A stretch of 64,000 nt of DNA from Pseudomonadota bacterium (GTDB lineage: Bacteria > Pseudomonadota > Gammaproteobacteria > JAKAQQ01). A program made the translations under genes and the position numbers. This document shows positions 8,166-18,796 of this stretch, piece by piece (position 1 is the stretch's first letter; each line of letters starts with the position of its first letter). The notes beneath the pieces were generated by a model. The model did no database searches. It saw only the letters and a program-made list of their open reading frames with translations, and was not told where the DNA came from. Location: contig JAJZIH010000009.1 in assembly GCA_021810635.1 (NCBI GenBank), forward strand, positions 9,439 through 73,438. The letters run 5' to 3'.

Positions 8166-9877
8166 AAGCGCCCCCGCCGCCAGCTCCGAGCCTGCCTCGT
8201 TGGCTGGTTGTGATCGGCGTGTTTGCGCTGGCCATGGCCGGCCTGTTTCTCCGGGCGGCGTGGCTGGATGGAACCGACCGCCGGTTCCTGCTGCGGCAGG
8301 CCCTGGATCGCTCGCTCCGGATCCTGACGCTCCCGGCTCACCGCGGCCTGATCGTGGACCGCAACGGACAACCACTCGCCGTGAGCGCCCCGGTCGACGA
8401 TCTTTGCCTCGATCCGCGCGTCTTCATCCACGAGACCGCCGACTGGCCACGTCTCGCGGATCTGCTCGGATGGCCGGAATCCCGCTTGGCCCGCCGGGTC
8501 GGATTTGCACGCCACCTCTACTTCCTTTACCTCCGGCGGGACATGGATCCCTTCAAGGCCGAATCCATTCTGAACCAGGGCATCCCCGGTGTTTTTCTGG
8601 TGCCTGCCGACAAGCGTTTCTATCCGGCGGGTGCAATCGCGGGCCAGCTCGTCGGCTACACCAATATCGATGACCATGGTGCCGGCGGCCTCGAGCTCGA
8701 GTTCAACCGTTGGCTCGAGGGCCACGACGGCCGAATGGAGGTGATCCAGAACGGCCGTGGCCAGACCGTCAGCGTGGCCCGCGTGATGCGCCGGCCTGAG
8801 CCCGGCCACCGACTGCGGACCAGTATCGACCTCAGGCTCCAGTACCTGGCCTACCGGGCCCTGCGCAAGGAGATTCGCAGGGAGCAGGCCAAATCCGGAT
8901 CGGTGGTCGTGGTCAACCCCCAAACCGGGGAGATCCTGGCCATGGTGAGCCTGCCATCCTTCAATCCGAACAACCGGGCGGACTACCGTCCCGACCGCAT
9001 GCGGGCGCGTGCCGCAACCGATATGTTCGAGCCCGGCTCCTCCTTCAAGCCGTTCACCATTTCGGCGGCTCTGGCCAGCGGCCGCTATGAACCCTGGAGC
9101 CTCATCAACACCGGCCACGGGGTTTTCCGGGTCGGCAACTATACCATCCGCGACGATGCTGACTGGGGGACGATCGATCTCACCACGCTGCTCGAAAAAT
9201 CGAGTAACGTCGGAGCCGCCAAGATTGCCCTCTCCCTGCCGCGCCATTTCCTCTGGCAGGCTTACCGCGACTTCGGGTTCGGGCAGACTACGGGGACGGG
9301 ATTCCCCGGCGAGGCACCGGGTATCCTCCACCGCTGGTTCGAATGGCCGCCCGCCGCGCATGCGGCGATTGCCTACGGCTATGGCGTGTCCGTCACGGCC
9401 CTGCAGCTGGCCCGGGCCTATTCGATCTTGGCCGACGGGGGGGTCCGCCGTCCGCTCACCTTCCTCGATCTCAAGCGGGCTCCCGAGGGTCACCGCGTGA
9501 TTACCGCTCGGCTCGCACGGACACTCCGAACCATGCTGGAGACCGTCGTTTCGCCGGCCGGAACCGGGTTTTTGGCCCAGATTCCCTACTATCGGGTGGC
9601 TGGCAAGACGGGGACCGCCCGCCTTTTCATTCACGGGCACTACTCGCACCGGGTCTACAACTCGGTCTTTGCCGGGATGGCCCCGGCCGGCCATCCGCGG
9701 TTTGTCGTGGTCGTGATCGTCAAGCACGCCCTCAAGGCTTACTTTGGCGGACTCGTTGCGGCTCCGGTTTTCGCCCAGGTGATGCAAAGTGCCCTGCGAC
9801 TCTACGGCGTCCCGCCCTCCCACTGGCCGAAACGGACGCCCCCCATCCTCCTGCGATCCGTCGCACCGGTGAGCTGA
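8162..9877 (+). CDS. ftsI: Peptidoglycan D,D-transpeptidase FtsI (PBP3)
   Basis: N-terminal TM anchor. Motifs STFKP-like (GSSFKPFT), SSN (KSSNVG) and KTG (GKTGTA). The ATG at 8162 overlaps the ftsL stop. Confidence 0.95.
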   Translation: MKAPPPPAPSLPRWLVVIGVFALAMAGLFLRAAWLDGTDRRFLLRQALDRSLRILTLPAHRGLIVDRNGQPLAVSAPVDDLCLDPRVFIHETADWPRLADLLGWPESRLARRVGFARHLYFLYLRRDMDPFKAESILNQGIPGVFLVPADKRFYPAGAIAGQLVGYTNIDDHGAGGLELEFNRWLEGHDGRMEVIQNGRGQTVSVARVMRRPEPGHRLRTSIDLRLQYLAYRALRKEIRREQAKSGSVVVVNPQTGEILAMVSLPSFNPNNRADYRPDRMRARAATDMFEPGSSFKPFTISAALASGRYEPWSLINTGHGVFRVGNYTIRDDADWGTIDLTTLLEKSSNVGAAKIALSLPRHFLWQAYRDFGFGQTTGTGFPGEAPGILHRWFEWPPAAHAAIAYGYGVSVTALQLARAYSILADGGVRRPLTFLDLKRAPEGHRVITARLARTLRTMLETVVSPAGTGFLAQIPYYRVAGKTGTARLFIHGHYSHRVYNSVFAGMAPAGHPRFVVVVIVKHALKAYFGGLVAAPVFAQVMQSALRLYGVPPSHWPKRTPPILLRSVAPVS

Positions 9878-9878
9878 A

Positions 9879-11366
9879 ATGACGCCGCTGCCCCGTCTTT
9901 CGGACTGCCTCGACGGATTCACGACGGATCCGGTGCCCGACCTTGCCGTTACCGGGCTCACGCTGGACAGCCGGTCGGTCGAGCATGGAATGGTTTTCCT
10001 CGCGGTGCAGGGCAGCCGGAAACACGGTCTCGACTATCTGGTCGAAGCCCGTGCCCGTGGAGCCGCCGCCGTGGTCTACGAGCCGGTATCCGGACTCCAG
10101 GCACCCACCGGACTGCCGGCCATGGCGGTGGAGAGACTCGGTCATCACGCCGGCGAGATCGCCGCCCGTTTCTACGAACACCCGAGCACCGCCCTCTGGT
10201 TGGCTGCGGTGACGGGAACCAACGGAAAGACCTCGGTCGCCTGGTTTCTGGCCCAGGTCCTGGAGGCGCTCGGGGTACCGACAGGCTACCTGGGTACGCT
10301 CGGTGCCGGTCCGGTGGGTCGGCTCGAGCCGCACGACCGGACGACTCCCGATCCGGTCTTTCTGCAGGCCACCTGGGCTCGCTGGCGTGATCAGGGATTG
10401 CGGGCGGTTGCACTCGAGGCCTCTTCCCATGCGCTGGATCAGGGCCGGCTGGCGGGCACCGACCTCGATCTCGGACTCTTCACGAACCTCACGCCCGAAC
10501 ACCTCGATTACCACCGGGATCTCGCCGGGTATCGGGCCGCCAAGGCCCGTCTGTTTGCCGATTTCCCTTTGCGCGCCGCCGTCTTCAATGTGGGTGACGC
10601 GACCGGCCGTGAGTGGGCCCGCAGTCCCGCCGGGCCCGAGCGCCGACTCCGCGTGGCCTGCGACCCGGAGCCCGGGTGGGAGGTGGATCTTGCCATCCGC
10701 AGGGGCATTCGCCAGTCCGCGGACGGACTTTCGTTTGAACTGGCCGAACGCGGACGGTCGGTGTTGGTGAAGACGGCCCTGTGGGGACGTTTCCACCTGG
10801 AAAACCTGCTCGTCGTTGCGGGGGCTCTGCGACTGCGCGGGCTCGACCTGGCGGAGATTGCGGCGCAGCTGGGGCCCCTGCGGGCGCCACCAGGCCGTTT
10901 CGAACGGTTCGAGGCACCGGGCCGGCCGCTCGTAATCGTCGACTATGCGCATACCGGAGATGCTCTGCTCAAGGCCCTCACCTCGCTGCGTGGATACGTT
11001 TCGGGGCCGATCACGGTGGTTTTCGGTTGTGGGGGGGACCGGGATCCCCACAAGCGTCCGGTCATGGGCCACGTGGCCGCGACCTACGCCCAGCGGATCA
11101 TCGTCACTGACGACAATCCGCGTGACGAATCGCCGGATGCCATTGCCCGCGAGATCTCGAGCGGGGTGCCTCACGGGCACTGGCTTCGCATTGAGCACGA
11201 TCGCCGGGAAGCCATCCGGCTGGCACTGTCCGTGACGGATTCGACCGGTGCCGTGCTCGTGGCGGGCAAGGGGCATGAAACGGTCCAGGTCGTGGGCGAT
11301 CGTGAACTGCCCTGTTCCGACCGCGGAAACGTGAGCGAACTGCTCTACGGGGAGGGTCGGCCATGA
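9879..11366 (+). CDS. murE: UDP-MurNAc-L-Ala-D-Glu:meso-DAP ligase
   Basis: Mur ligase P-loop VTGTNGKTS, DNPR motif (VTDDNPRDE), position in the dcw cluster. Confidence 0.95.
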   Translation: MTPLPRLSDCLDGFTTDPVPDLAVTGLTLDSRSVEHGMVFLAVQGSRKHGLDYLVEARARGAAAVVYEPVSGLQAPTGLPAMAVERLGHHAGEIAARFYEHPSTALWLAAVTGTNGKTSVAWFLAQVLEALGVPTGYLGTLGAGPVGRLEPHDRTTPDPVFLQATWARWRDQGLRAVALEASSHALDQGRLAGTDLDLGLFTNLTPEHLDYHRDLAGYRAAKARLFADFPLRAAVFNVGDATGREWARSPAGPERRLRVACDPEPGWEVDLAIRRGIRQSADGLSFELAERGRSVLVKTALWGRFHLENLLVVAGALRLRGLDLAEIAAQLGPLRAPPGRFERFEAPGRPLVIVDYAHTGDALLKALTSLRGYVSGPITVVFGCGGDRDPHKRPVMGHVAATYAQRIIVTDDNPRDESPDAIAREISSGVPHGHWLRIEHDRREAIRLALSVTDSTGAVLVAGKGHETVQVVGDRELPCSDRGNVSELLYGEGRP

Positions 11367-12751
11367 TGGAATGGCGCTTGACCGAGATCGCCCGCCAGAC
11401 GGCCGGTCGATTGCGCGGACCGGACGGCCTGTGCCGGGGGATCTCAATCGATACCCGGACACTGGTGCCCGGCAACCTGTTTGTTGCCCTGTCGGGACGG
11501 GTGGCGGACGGTCATGATTTTGCAGGCCGGGCCCTGGCAGGCGGGGCCGGGGGCGTCCTGATCGCTGAACGGGCCGGGCTGACCTGCGAACCGGCGGTGG
11601 TGGTCGCCGATCCACTTCACGCCCTTGGCGAACTGGCCCGGGCCTGGCGCCGGCAGCTCCGGGCGCCCGTCGCCGCCATCACCGGGTCGAATGGCAAAAC
11701 CACGGTCAAGGAAATGCTGGGAGCGGTCCTCCGGACGGCGGGCCGGGTGCTCGCCACCGCGGGCAACTACAACAACCAGATCGGAGTCCCGCTGACCCTC
11801 CTCAATGGGGAGGAGGCTCCCGATTTCGTGGTGCTCGAACTCGGCACCAGCCGGCCCGGAGAAATTGCCCTGCTGGGCACCCTCGCGGAACCGGACCTTG
11901 CGCTCGTGACCAACGCGCAGGCGGCCCATCTCGAGGGACTGGGCACGGTCGAAGCCGTCGCCCGCGAGAAGGGATCCCTCTATGAGGCGCTCGCGCCCAC
12001 CGGGGTGGCCATCCTTCCGGAGGAAGATCCGCACGCGCCGGAGTGGCGTCGCCGGATCGGCAGCCGCCCGCTCGTCACCTTCGGGTGGGAGCGGGGTGAT
12101 TTTCACTTTGCCGCACCCCCCCGCTGGAACCGGCACGAGGCGCGCTGGGAGGGGTTTGCGGTCGTCGGTGGGGACGGCTACCCGATCACCCTGCCCCTGA
12201 TCGGCCGCCACAACCTCGTCCATGCCCTGGCCGCCGCTGCCGCCGCCTCGGCCTGGCACATTCCACCCGCACAGAGCCTGGCCGCCCTGAGCCGGTTCCA
12301 CGGCGTGCCCCGCCGGCTGCAACTCCGCCCGGGCCCGGGGAGCAGTCACATCCTGGACGACTCGTACAACGCGAACCCCGAGTCTCTGCTGGCCGGGATC
12401 GAAAGCGCGCTCGGTTTTGGCGATCCGGTCTGGCTGGCCCTCGGGGATCTCGCCGAACTGGGTCCGGCCGAGTCGGAATGGCATGACACACTCGGACACG
12501 AGGCTCGCCGACTCGGCGTGGCGCGCGTCTATGCCACCGGAGCGCTGATGCAGTTGTTCGTGCACGCCTTCGGTTCCGCGGGTGGGGCCTGGTTCCGGGA
12601 TTCTGGCACGCTCATCGATGTCCTGCGGCGGGACCTCGAGGGCCAGGCGGTGCTGGTGCTGGTCAAGGGATCGCACAGCGCCCGGATGGAGGAGGTGGCC
12701 GATGCGCTGAGCCGGGCGGAGGAGGGGAGCCGTGCTCGTCTGGTTCACTGA
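11363..12751 (+). CDS. murF: UDP-MurNAc-tripeptide:D-Ala-D-Ala ligase
   Basis: [23 protein letters not shown], position after murE with an ATGA overlap. Confidence 0.95.
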   Translation: MMEWRLTEIARQTAGRLRGPDGLCRGISIDTRTLVPGNLFVALSGRVADGHDFAGRALAGGAGGVLIAERAGLTCEPAVVVADPLHALGELARAWRRQLRAPVAAITGSNGKTTVKEMLGAVLRTAGRVLATAGNYNNQIGVPLTLLNGEEAPDFVVLELGTSRPGEIALLGTLAEPDLALVTNAQAAHLEGLGTVEAVAREKGSLYEALAPTGVAILPEEDPHAPEWRRRIGSRPLVTFGWERGDFHFAAPPRWNRHEARWEGFAVVGGDGYPITLPLIGRHNLVHALAAAAAASAWHIPPAQSLAALSRFHGVPRRLQLRPGPGSSHILDDSYNANPESLLAGIESALGFGDPVWLALGDLAELGPAESEWHDTLGHEARRLGVARVYATGALMQLFVHAFGSAGGAWFRDSGTLIDVLRRDLEGQAVLVLVKGSHSARMEEVADALSRAEEGSRARLVH

Positions 12752-13817
12752 CTGGCTGATGCACTGGGCCCCCGGTTTCCGGGTCTTCCATTATCTGACC
12801 TTCCGGATCATCCTGGCCACCCTGACATCGCTCACCCTGAGCCTCCTGATCGGTCCCTGGATGATCCGCCGTCTCGACCGGCTCGGTGTCGGACAGGTCA
12901 TCCGGATCCTCGGTCCCGAGCAGCATCAGAGCAAGCGCGGCACCCCGACCATGGGTGGCACCCTCATCCTGCTTGCGACTCTCCTGGCCACGTTCCTCTG
13001 GGCCAGTCCGGAAAACCGCTACGTGGCGCTCGCGCTGGCGACCTTGTTCATCTTCGGGTTCATCGGCGGAATCGATGACTACCTCAAGCTCACCCGCCGC
13101 TCAAGCCAGGGACTACGGGCGCGGGACAAGTTCATGTGGCAGGGGCTTGCGGCGCTTGGTCTCGTGGTGGCGCTCAAGGTCACCGACCGGAACCCCCTGG
13201 CCACGACGCTGCTGATCCCGTTCGTCAAGCACGCGGATGTCCCGCTCGGAACCGCCGGCTTCATCCTGCTTGGCTGGCTCGTGATCGTCGGCACGAGCAA
13301 TGCCGTCAACCTGACCGACGGGCTGGACGGTCTCGCCATCATGCCGACGGTGCTGGTGGCCGGCGCGCTCACGGTTTTTGCTTATGTGACCGGCAACTTC
13401 AAATTCGCCTCCTACCTCGAGATCGCCTATCTCCCGCACGTCGGCGCGCTGTCGGTCTTCTGCGCGAGCCTCATGGGCGCGGGCATCGGCTTCCTCTGGT
13501 TCAACACCTATCCGGCCCAGGTCTTCATGGGCGATGTCGGCGCACTGGCCCTGGGCGCTGCCCTCGGGATCGTGGCCCTCATGGTCCGCCAGGAGCTCGT
13601 GCTCATGCTCATGGGCGGTCTCTTCGTCATCGAGACCCTCTCGGTGATCATCCAGGTCGCTTCTTTCAAGCTCACCGGACAGCGGGTCTTTCGCATGGCG
13701 CCCTTGCACCACCACTTTGAACTCAAGGGCTGGGCCGAACCCAAGGTCATCGTCCGTTTCTGGATCATCTCCCTCATGCTCGTCCTCCTGGGTCTGGCCA
13801 CCCTCAAGGTGCGCTGA
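12732..13817 (+). CDS. mraY: Phospho-N-acetylmuramoyl-pentapeptide transferase
   Basis: [38 protein letters not shown]. Confidence 0.95.
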   Translation: MLVWFTDWLMHWAPGFRVFHYLTFRIILATLTSLTLSLLIGPWMIRRLDRLGVGQVIRILGPEQHQSKRGTPTMGGTLILLATLLATFLWASPENRYVALALATLFIFGFIGGIDDYLKLTRRSSQGLRARDKFMWQGLAALGLVVALKVTDRNPLATTLLIPFVKHADVPLGTAGFILLGWLVIVGTSNAVNLTDGLDGLAIMPTVLVAGALTVFAYVTGNFKFASYLEIAYLPHVGALSVFCASLMGAGIGFLWFNTYPAQVFMGDVGALALGAALGIVALMVRQELVLMLMGGLFVIETLSVIIQVASFKLTGQRVFRMAPLHHHFELKGWAEPKVIVRFWIISLMLVLLGLATLKVR

Positions 13818-13818
13818 G

Positions 13819-15153
13819 ATGACGGACGGACGGGATCTGGTTCTGGGTTTGGGGCGCAGCGGGCGGGCGGCGATCGACTGGCTCTCTGCCCGCCACCGCG
13901 ACGTGGTGGCGGTGGATGACCGCGCCGGACCCTTGGCCGGGGACTTTGCGGGATTGTTGCCTGCGGAGCTGGAGATCCACTGGGGTGGGGCTGACGAGTC
14001 CGTACTCGATACCTGCGTCCGGGTCATTCCATCACCCGGAGTGGCCAACGATCACCCGCTCCTCGTGGCTGCCCGCCGCCGCGGACTCGAAGTCGTGGGG
14101 GATGTCGAACTGTTTCTGCGCGACTGCCGGGTTCCGGTGGCAGCCATCACCGGCACCAACGGCAAAAGTACCGTGACGACCCTGGTTACCGAGATGGCCC
14201 GGCGGGCGGGACTCGCGGTCGAGTGCGGGGCCAACCTCGGTACTCCGGTCCTGGCGCTTGCCGCCCGTCCACCGCCCGACCTCTACGTGCTCGAACTGTC
14301 GAGCTTCCAGCTCGAACGTACGGCTTCCCTCCACGCCCGGGCCGCCGTCGTGCTCAACATCAGCCCGGACCATCTGGACCGGCATCCCTCGGAGGCGGAC
14401 TACGCGCGCGCCAAGGCCATCGTCTACCGGGGAGCGGAAGTCCGGGTCGCCAACCGAGACGATGCGCGGGTCATGGCCCTTCCCGAGCTCGGCCGACCGG
14501 ACTGGACCTTCGGCTGGAAGGCGTCGGGCTCCGGACGCGAGTTCGGCATCCGGTCCGGGCGAGCGGGCGTTTGGCTCAGCCGGGGCCGGACCCGCCTCCT
14601 GCCGTTGTCGGAGGTGGCCCTGACCGGACGGCACCAAGTGATGAACCTTTTGGCTGCCCTGGCCATGGGAGAGGCGCTCGGCCTCGACCGCGAAGCGGCC
14701 GTGGAGGCCGTGCGGCGATTCCGCGGTCTGCCTCACCGGCTCGAGTTCGTGGCCGAAGTGAATGAGGTCCGGTTCTTCGATGACAGCAAGGCCACGAACG
14801 TGGGTGCTTCTCTGGCGGCTGCCCGGAGTTTCGACGTACCGGTCCGGCTCATCGCGGGCGGGCTCGGCAAGGGACAGGATTTTCGACCCTGGGTCGAGGG
14901 GCTGCCGCCCGGGGTTTGCGCGGTCTACCTGATCGGGGACAGCGCGGAAACCCTGGGACGGCTGCTCGACGGGGTCCGGCCCTACCGCATCGTCGCAACG
15001 CTGGATGAGGCCGTGCGGGAGGCTGTTCGCGAGGCCCGGCCGGGCGATGTCGTGCTCCTCGCGCCTGCCTGTGCCAGTTTCGACCAGTTCCGGGACTACG
15101 CGCACCGCGGCGAGGTTTTCCAGAAACGGGTGCGGGAGCTCGGCCATGACTGA
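13819..15153 (+). CDS. murD: UDP-MurNAc-L-Ala:D-Glu ligase
   Basis: LGLGRSGRA N-terminus, ITGTNGKSTV P-loop. It is the internal ATG of ORF 13717..15153, 1 nt after the mraY stop. Confidence 0.93.
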   Translation: MTDGRDLVLGLGRSGRAAIDWLSARHRDVVAVDDRAGPLAGDFAGLLPAELEIHWGGADESVLDTCVRVIPSPGVANDHPLLVAARRRGLEVVGDVELFLRDCRVPVAAITGTNGKSTVTTLVTEMARRAGLAVECGANLGTPVLALAARPPPDLYVLELSSFQLERTASLHARAAVVLNISPDHLDRHPSEADYARAKAIVYRGAEVRVANRDDARVMALPELGRPDWTFGWKASGSGREFGIRSGRAGVWLSRGRTRLLPLSEVALTGRHQVMNLLAALAMGEALGLDREAAVEAVRRFRGLPHRLEFVAEVNEVRFFDDSKATNVGASLAAARSFDVPVRLIAGGLGKGQDFRPWVEGLPPGVCAVYLIGDSAETLGRLLDGVRPYRIVATLDEAVREAVREARPGDVVLLAPACASFDQFRDYAHRGEVFQKRVRELGHD

Positions 15154-16309
15154 AGCGGGTCTGCGCCGGGCGGTCTGGAATCCGGATGGGATGCTTCTCG
15201 TCCTGTGCGGACTCCTGCTTGCGTTCGGACTGGTCATGGTCGCCTCGGCTTCGGTGTTTTGGTCGGCGGCGGTTTCGGGTGGGCCCTGGCACGTGTTCGA
15301 GCGGCAGCTCTTGTTTTCGGCCATCGGGTTGGTCGCGGGCTTCGTCGCTCTCAACCTGCCGCTTGGAATGTTGCTCCGGCTGCGCCACTTCGTGCTCGCG
15401 GTCGCGCTCTTGCTCTTGACACTCGTCCTGATCCCGGGAGTGGGACGGGCGGTCAATGGTTCGATGCGCTGGCTGCCCTTCGGGTTGTTCCGGATGCAGG
15501 CATCGGAGCCTGCATTGCTTCTCATCGCCATCTACCTCGCGGGCTATGGGGCAGAGCAGGGCGGCCGGCTTGCCGCCGGCCTGGGTGGGCTCGTGGTCCC
15601 GCTTCTACCGGTGGGACTCGCCGTCGTGCTCCTTCTGCTCGAGCCCGATTTCGGCGGAGCCGCCGTGTTGCTCGCCATGGCGTTCACGGTCTTTTTCCTG
15701 GCCGGGGCCCGTCTCAGGGATCTCTTCATTCTCTGCCTCGTGGGCCTCATCGCCATGGTCCTGGTGGCGGTGGCGGCACCCTACCGGGTCATCCGCCTGA
15801 CCACGTTTTTGGATCCCTGGAACCACGCCCGGGGCAGCGGGTTCCAGCTCGTGCAGTCCCTGATTGCCATTGGTCATGGTGGCTGGTTTGGTACGGGACT
15901 CGGCCGGGGAATCGAAAAATTGTTTTATCTGCCCGAGCCTGAATCCGATTTCATCTTCGCCGTCATTGGTGAGGAGTTGGGGTTCATCGGGATGGTCACC
16001 GTGCTGGTCCTTTTCGCCATCCTGACTTTCCGGGTCTTCTGGATCGGTCGCGGGGCAGAAACGGTGGGCCGGCGTTTCGAAGGGTTGCTTTGCTACGCGG
16101 TCGGAAGCTGGATCGGCTTCGAGGTGCTGATCAATGCCGGCGTCAATCTCGGGGCCCTGCCGACCAAGGGCATCACGTTGCCCCTCATCTCCGCCGGCGG
16201 CTCGAACCTGATCATGACGCTGGTGGCCCTGGCGCTCGTGCTCAATGTCTCGACCGGGGCATCGGCGGGGCCGCGACGGCAACCCTTTCCCAGAGGCTGG
16301 CGTGTCTAA
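15146..16309 (+). CDS. ftsW: Peptidoglycan glycosyltransferase / lipid II flippase-family protein FtsW
   Basis: SEDS-family polytopic protein (PESDFIFAVIGEELGFIG, TKGITLPLISAGGS). The ATG at 15146 overlaps the murD stop by 8 nt. Confidence 0.93.
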   Translation: MTEAGLRRAVWNPDGMLLVLCGLLLAFGLVMVASASVFWSAAVSGGPWHVFERQLLFSAIGLVAGFVALNLPLGMLLRLRHFVLAVALLLLTLVLIPGVGRAVNGSMRWLPFGLFRMQASEPALLLIAIYLAGYGAEQGGRLAAGLGGLVVPLLPVGLAVVLLLLEPDFGGAAVLLAMAFTVFFLAGARLRDLFILCLVGLIAMVLVAVAAPYRVIRLTTFLDPWNHARGSGFQLVQSLIAIGHGGWFGTGLGRGIEKLFYLPEPESDFIFAVIGEELGFIGMVTVLVLFAILTFRVFWIGRGAETVGRRFEGLLCYAVGSWIGFEVLINAGVNLGALPTKGITLPLISAGGSNLIMTLVALALVLNVSTGASAGPRRQPFPRGWRV

Positions 16310-17393
16310 GGTTCCCGTCGTCGCCATCGTGGCCGGTGGAACCGGCGGGCATGTCATGCCGGCTTTGGCCATTGCCAGTGCCCTTGAGGGATCCGGTTTC
16401 GGGGTGCACTGGATCGGTACCCGCCGTGGGCTCGAAAGCGAGCTCGTGCCGAAGCGCGGCTATCCCCTGACCGCCTTCGACCTGACCGGTTTCCGCGGCC
16501 GGAGTGGCCGCCTGCGCGCAAGGGCTCTGGCCGAGTTCGCGCGAGCGTTCGTGACCTGTCTTCGCCTCCTGCCGCGTCTCGACGTGGTGGCTGTTCTTGG
16601 CATGGGAGGCTATGCCAGCCTGCCGGCCGGGTGTGCTGCCTGGATCGTCCGGCGGCCGCTCGTGATCCACGAACAGAACGCGGTGCCCGGCTGGGCCAAC
16701 CGCCTCTTGTATCCGCTCGCGCGGCGGGTGCTGGCGGGCTTTCCGGGGGCCTTCCCCGACAGTGCCCGCGTTCGCGTCGTGGGTCTCCCGGTGGCCCCGG
16801 CCATTGCCGCCCTGCCGCCCCCAGACGAGCGCTGGCGGGACCGCACCGGTCCGGCCCGCCTGCTCGTTCTCGGTGGCAGCCAGGGAGCGCATCGGCTGAA
16901 CCGGCTGATGCCCGAGATCCTCGCGGGCTGGCCGGTCGATCTTCCGGTCATGATCCGCCATCAGGCCGGCAGGGAGGAATGGGAAGCCACTCGCCGGGCC
17001 TATGCCCCTGACCGCGGGCAGGTCGAGGTCGTCCCCTTTTTCGAGGATATGGCAGCGGCCTACGGCTGGGCGGATTGTGTGCTGGCCCGGGCGGGGGCGG
17101 CGACCGTCGCCGAACTGGCCTGTGCGGGGCTGCCCGCGCTCCTCGTGCCTTATCCCCACGCGGTCGACGACCACCAGACGCGCAATGCGGAAGGTCTGGT
17201 CGGGGTCGGCGCGGCGTGCCTCGTCGCCGAACGGAATCTCGACCCCGGGGCCGTCCGTGAGCTCATGGTCGGACTTTTGCGCGACCGGGCCCGGCTCCTC
17301 GCCATGGCCGAAGCGGCCCGCCGTCTGGCCCGGCCGGGCGCGGCGGACGCCGTGGCCGCCGAGATCCGTTCTGCGGCCCGGAGGTCGGCATGA
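16302..17393 (+). CDS. murG: UDP-GlcNAc:lipid I GlcNAc transferase
   Basis: AGGTGGHVMPALA, GGSQGA, AGAATVAEL. The GTG at 16302 overlaps the ftsW stop. Confidence 0.93.
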   Translation: MSKVPVVAIVAGGTGGHVMPALAIASALEGSGFGVHWIGTRRGLESELVPKRGYPLTAFDLTGFRGRSGRLRARALAEFARAFVTCLRLLPRLDVVAVLGMGGYASLPAGCAAWIVRRPLVIHEQNAVPGWANRLLYPLARRVLAGFPGAFPDSARVRVVGLPVAPAIAALPPPDERWRDRTGPARLLVLGGSQGAHRLNRLMPEILAGWPVDLPVMIRHQAGREEWEATRRAYAPDRGQVEVVPFFEDMAAAYGWADCVLARAGAATVAELACAGLPALLVPYPHAVDDHQTRNAEGLVGVGAACLVAERNLDPGAVRELMVGLLRDRARLLAMAEAARRLARPGAADAVAAEIRSAARRSA

Positions 17394-18796
17394 TCCTGGG
17401 CGAGCGGATGGGCCGGGTCCGGCGGATCCACTGTGTCGGGATCGGCGGAACCGGCATGAACGGCATTGCCGAACTTCTGTTCAACCTGGGCTACGAAGTG
17501 AGCGGGTCAGATTGCCGGAGCAGCGGAGTCACCGAACGGCTCGCTGCGCTCGGTGTCCGGATCACGCTCGGGCACCACGCCGAAGCCATCCGGGGAGCGG
17601 ACGTGATCGTGGTTTCGAGTGCCATCGGTTCCGGCAACGCCGAGCTGACAGCCGCCCGGGAACTCAAGATCCCGATTATCCCCCGGGCCGAGATGCTGGC
17701 GGAGCTCATGCGGTTCCGTTACGGGATCGCCGTGGCCGGGAGCCATGGAAAAACCACCACCACGGCGCTCATCGCGAGCCTCTTGGTCGAAGCTGGAGAG
17801 GATCCAACGTTCGTGATCGGAGGGCGGCTGAACAGCGTTTCGGCCAATGCCCGTCTCGGGAGCGGGCGGTATCTCGTCGCCGAGGCGGATGAGAGCGATG
17901 CCTCCTTTCTCCTGTACCAGCCGCTCCTGGCCGTCGTGACCAATGTCGACCGCGACCATCTCAACGCCTATCAGGGCGATTTCGACCGCCTGCGGCAGGC
18001 CTTCTCCGACTTTCTCCACCACCTGCCCTTCTACGGATTTGCGGTGGTGGGGATCGACGATCCCGAGGTCGCCCGCCTCGCGCCCGCCATCAGCCGGCCA
18101 ACCCTCCGGTATGGATTCTCCGAGACCGCTGACGTGCGTGGCGTGAGGCTCGTCTCCGAAGGGCTGAGAACCCGCATCCAGGTCGCCCGGAACGGGCGGC
18201 CCGAAACCGAGTTCACGGTCAACCTGGCCGGCCGCCACAATGCCCAGAATGCGCTTGCCGCCATTGCGGTGGCGGATGTGCTCGAGCTGTCGGACGAAGC
18301 CCTCGCACGTGCGCTGGACCACTTCCAGGGAACCGGACGGCGTTTCCAGCTCCATGGAACGGCGCATCGGGGAACCACCGGATTCCTGCTTGTCGAGGAC
18401 TACGCGCACCATCCGCGCGAGATTGAGGCCACGCTCGAGGCAGCCGAACAGGCCTGGCCCGACAGGCGCAAGGTCGTGGTTTTCCAGCCGCACCGCTACA
18501 GCCGCACGTTCGACCTCATGGAGGACTTCAGCCGGGTGCTGTCGCAGGTGGCCGTGCTGGTCCTGACCGAGGTCTACCCGGCCGGGGAACGGCCCATTCC
18601 AGGTGCCGACGGCCGGGCGCTGTCCCGGGCGGTCCGGTTGCGCGGGCCCGCCGTACCGGTGTTCGCCGATCGCCTTTCGGATTTGCCCGGCCTTCTCGGC
18701 CGGCTGGTCGAACCCGATGATGTGGTGCTTCTCCTCGGAGCCGGAGACTGGGGCGAACTGATTCCGGAACTCATGGCCGGAGGGACGCGTTCATGA
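17390..18796 (+). CDS. murC: UDP-MurNAc:L-Ala ligase
   Basis: IHCVGIGGTGMNGIAE, VAGSHGKTTTT, DYAHHPREI. Confidence 0.95.
   Translation: MILGERMGRVRRIHCVGIGGTGMNGIAELLFNLGYEVSGSDCRSSGVTERLAALGVRITLGHHAEAIRGADVIVVSSAIGSGNAELTAARELKIPIIPRAEMLAELMRFRYGIAVAGSHGKTTTTALIASLLVEAGEDPTFVIGGRLNSVSANARLGSGRYLVAEADESDASFLLYQPLLAVVTNVDRDHLNAYQGDFDRLRQAFSDFLHHLPFYGFAVVGIDDPEVARLAPAISRPTLRYGFSETADVRGVRLVSEGLRTRIQVARNGRPETEFTVNLAGRHNAQNALAAIAVADVLELSDEALARALDHFQGTGRRFQLHGTAHRGTTGFLLVEDYAHHPREIEATLEAAEQAWPDRRKVVVFQPHRYSRTFDLMEDFSRVLSQVAVLVLTEVYPAGERPIPGADGRALSRAVRLRGPAVPVFADRLSDLPGLLGRLVEPDDVVLLLGAGDWGELIPELMAGGTRS

Noticed and set aside
8132-11615. 609-aa and 627-aa minus-strand ORFs antisense to ftsI and murE
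   Set aside because: They overlap well-supported dcw genes and have no recognisable domains. These are antisense shadow ORFs.
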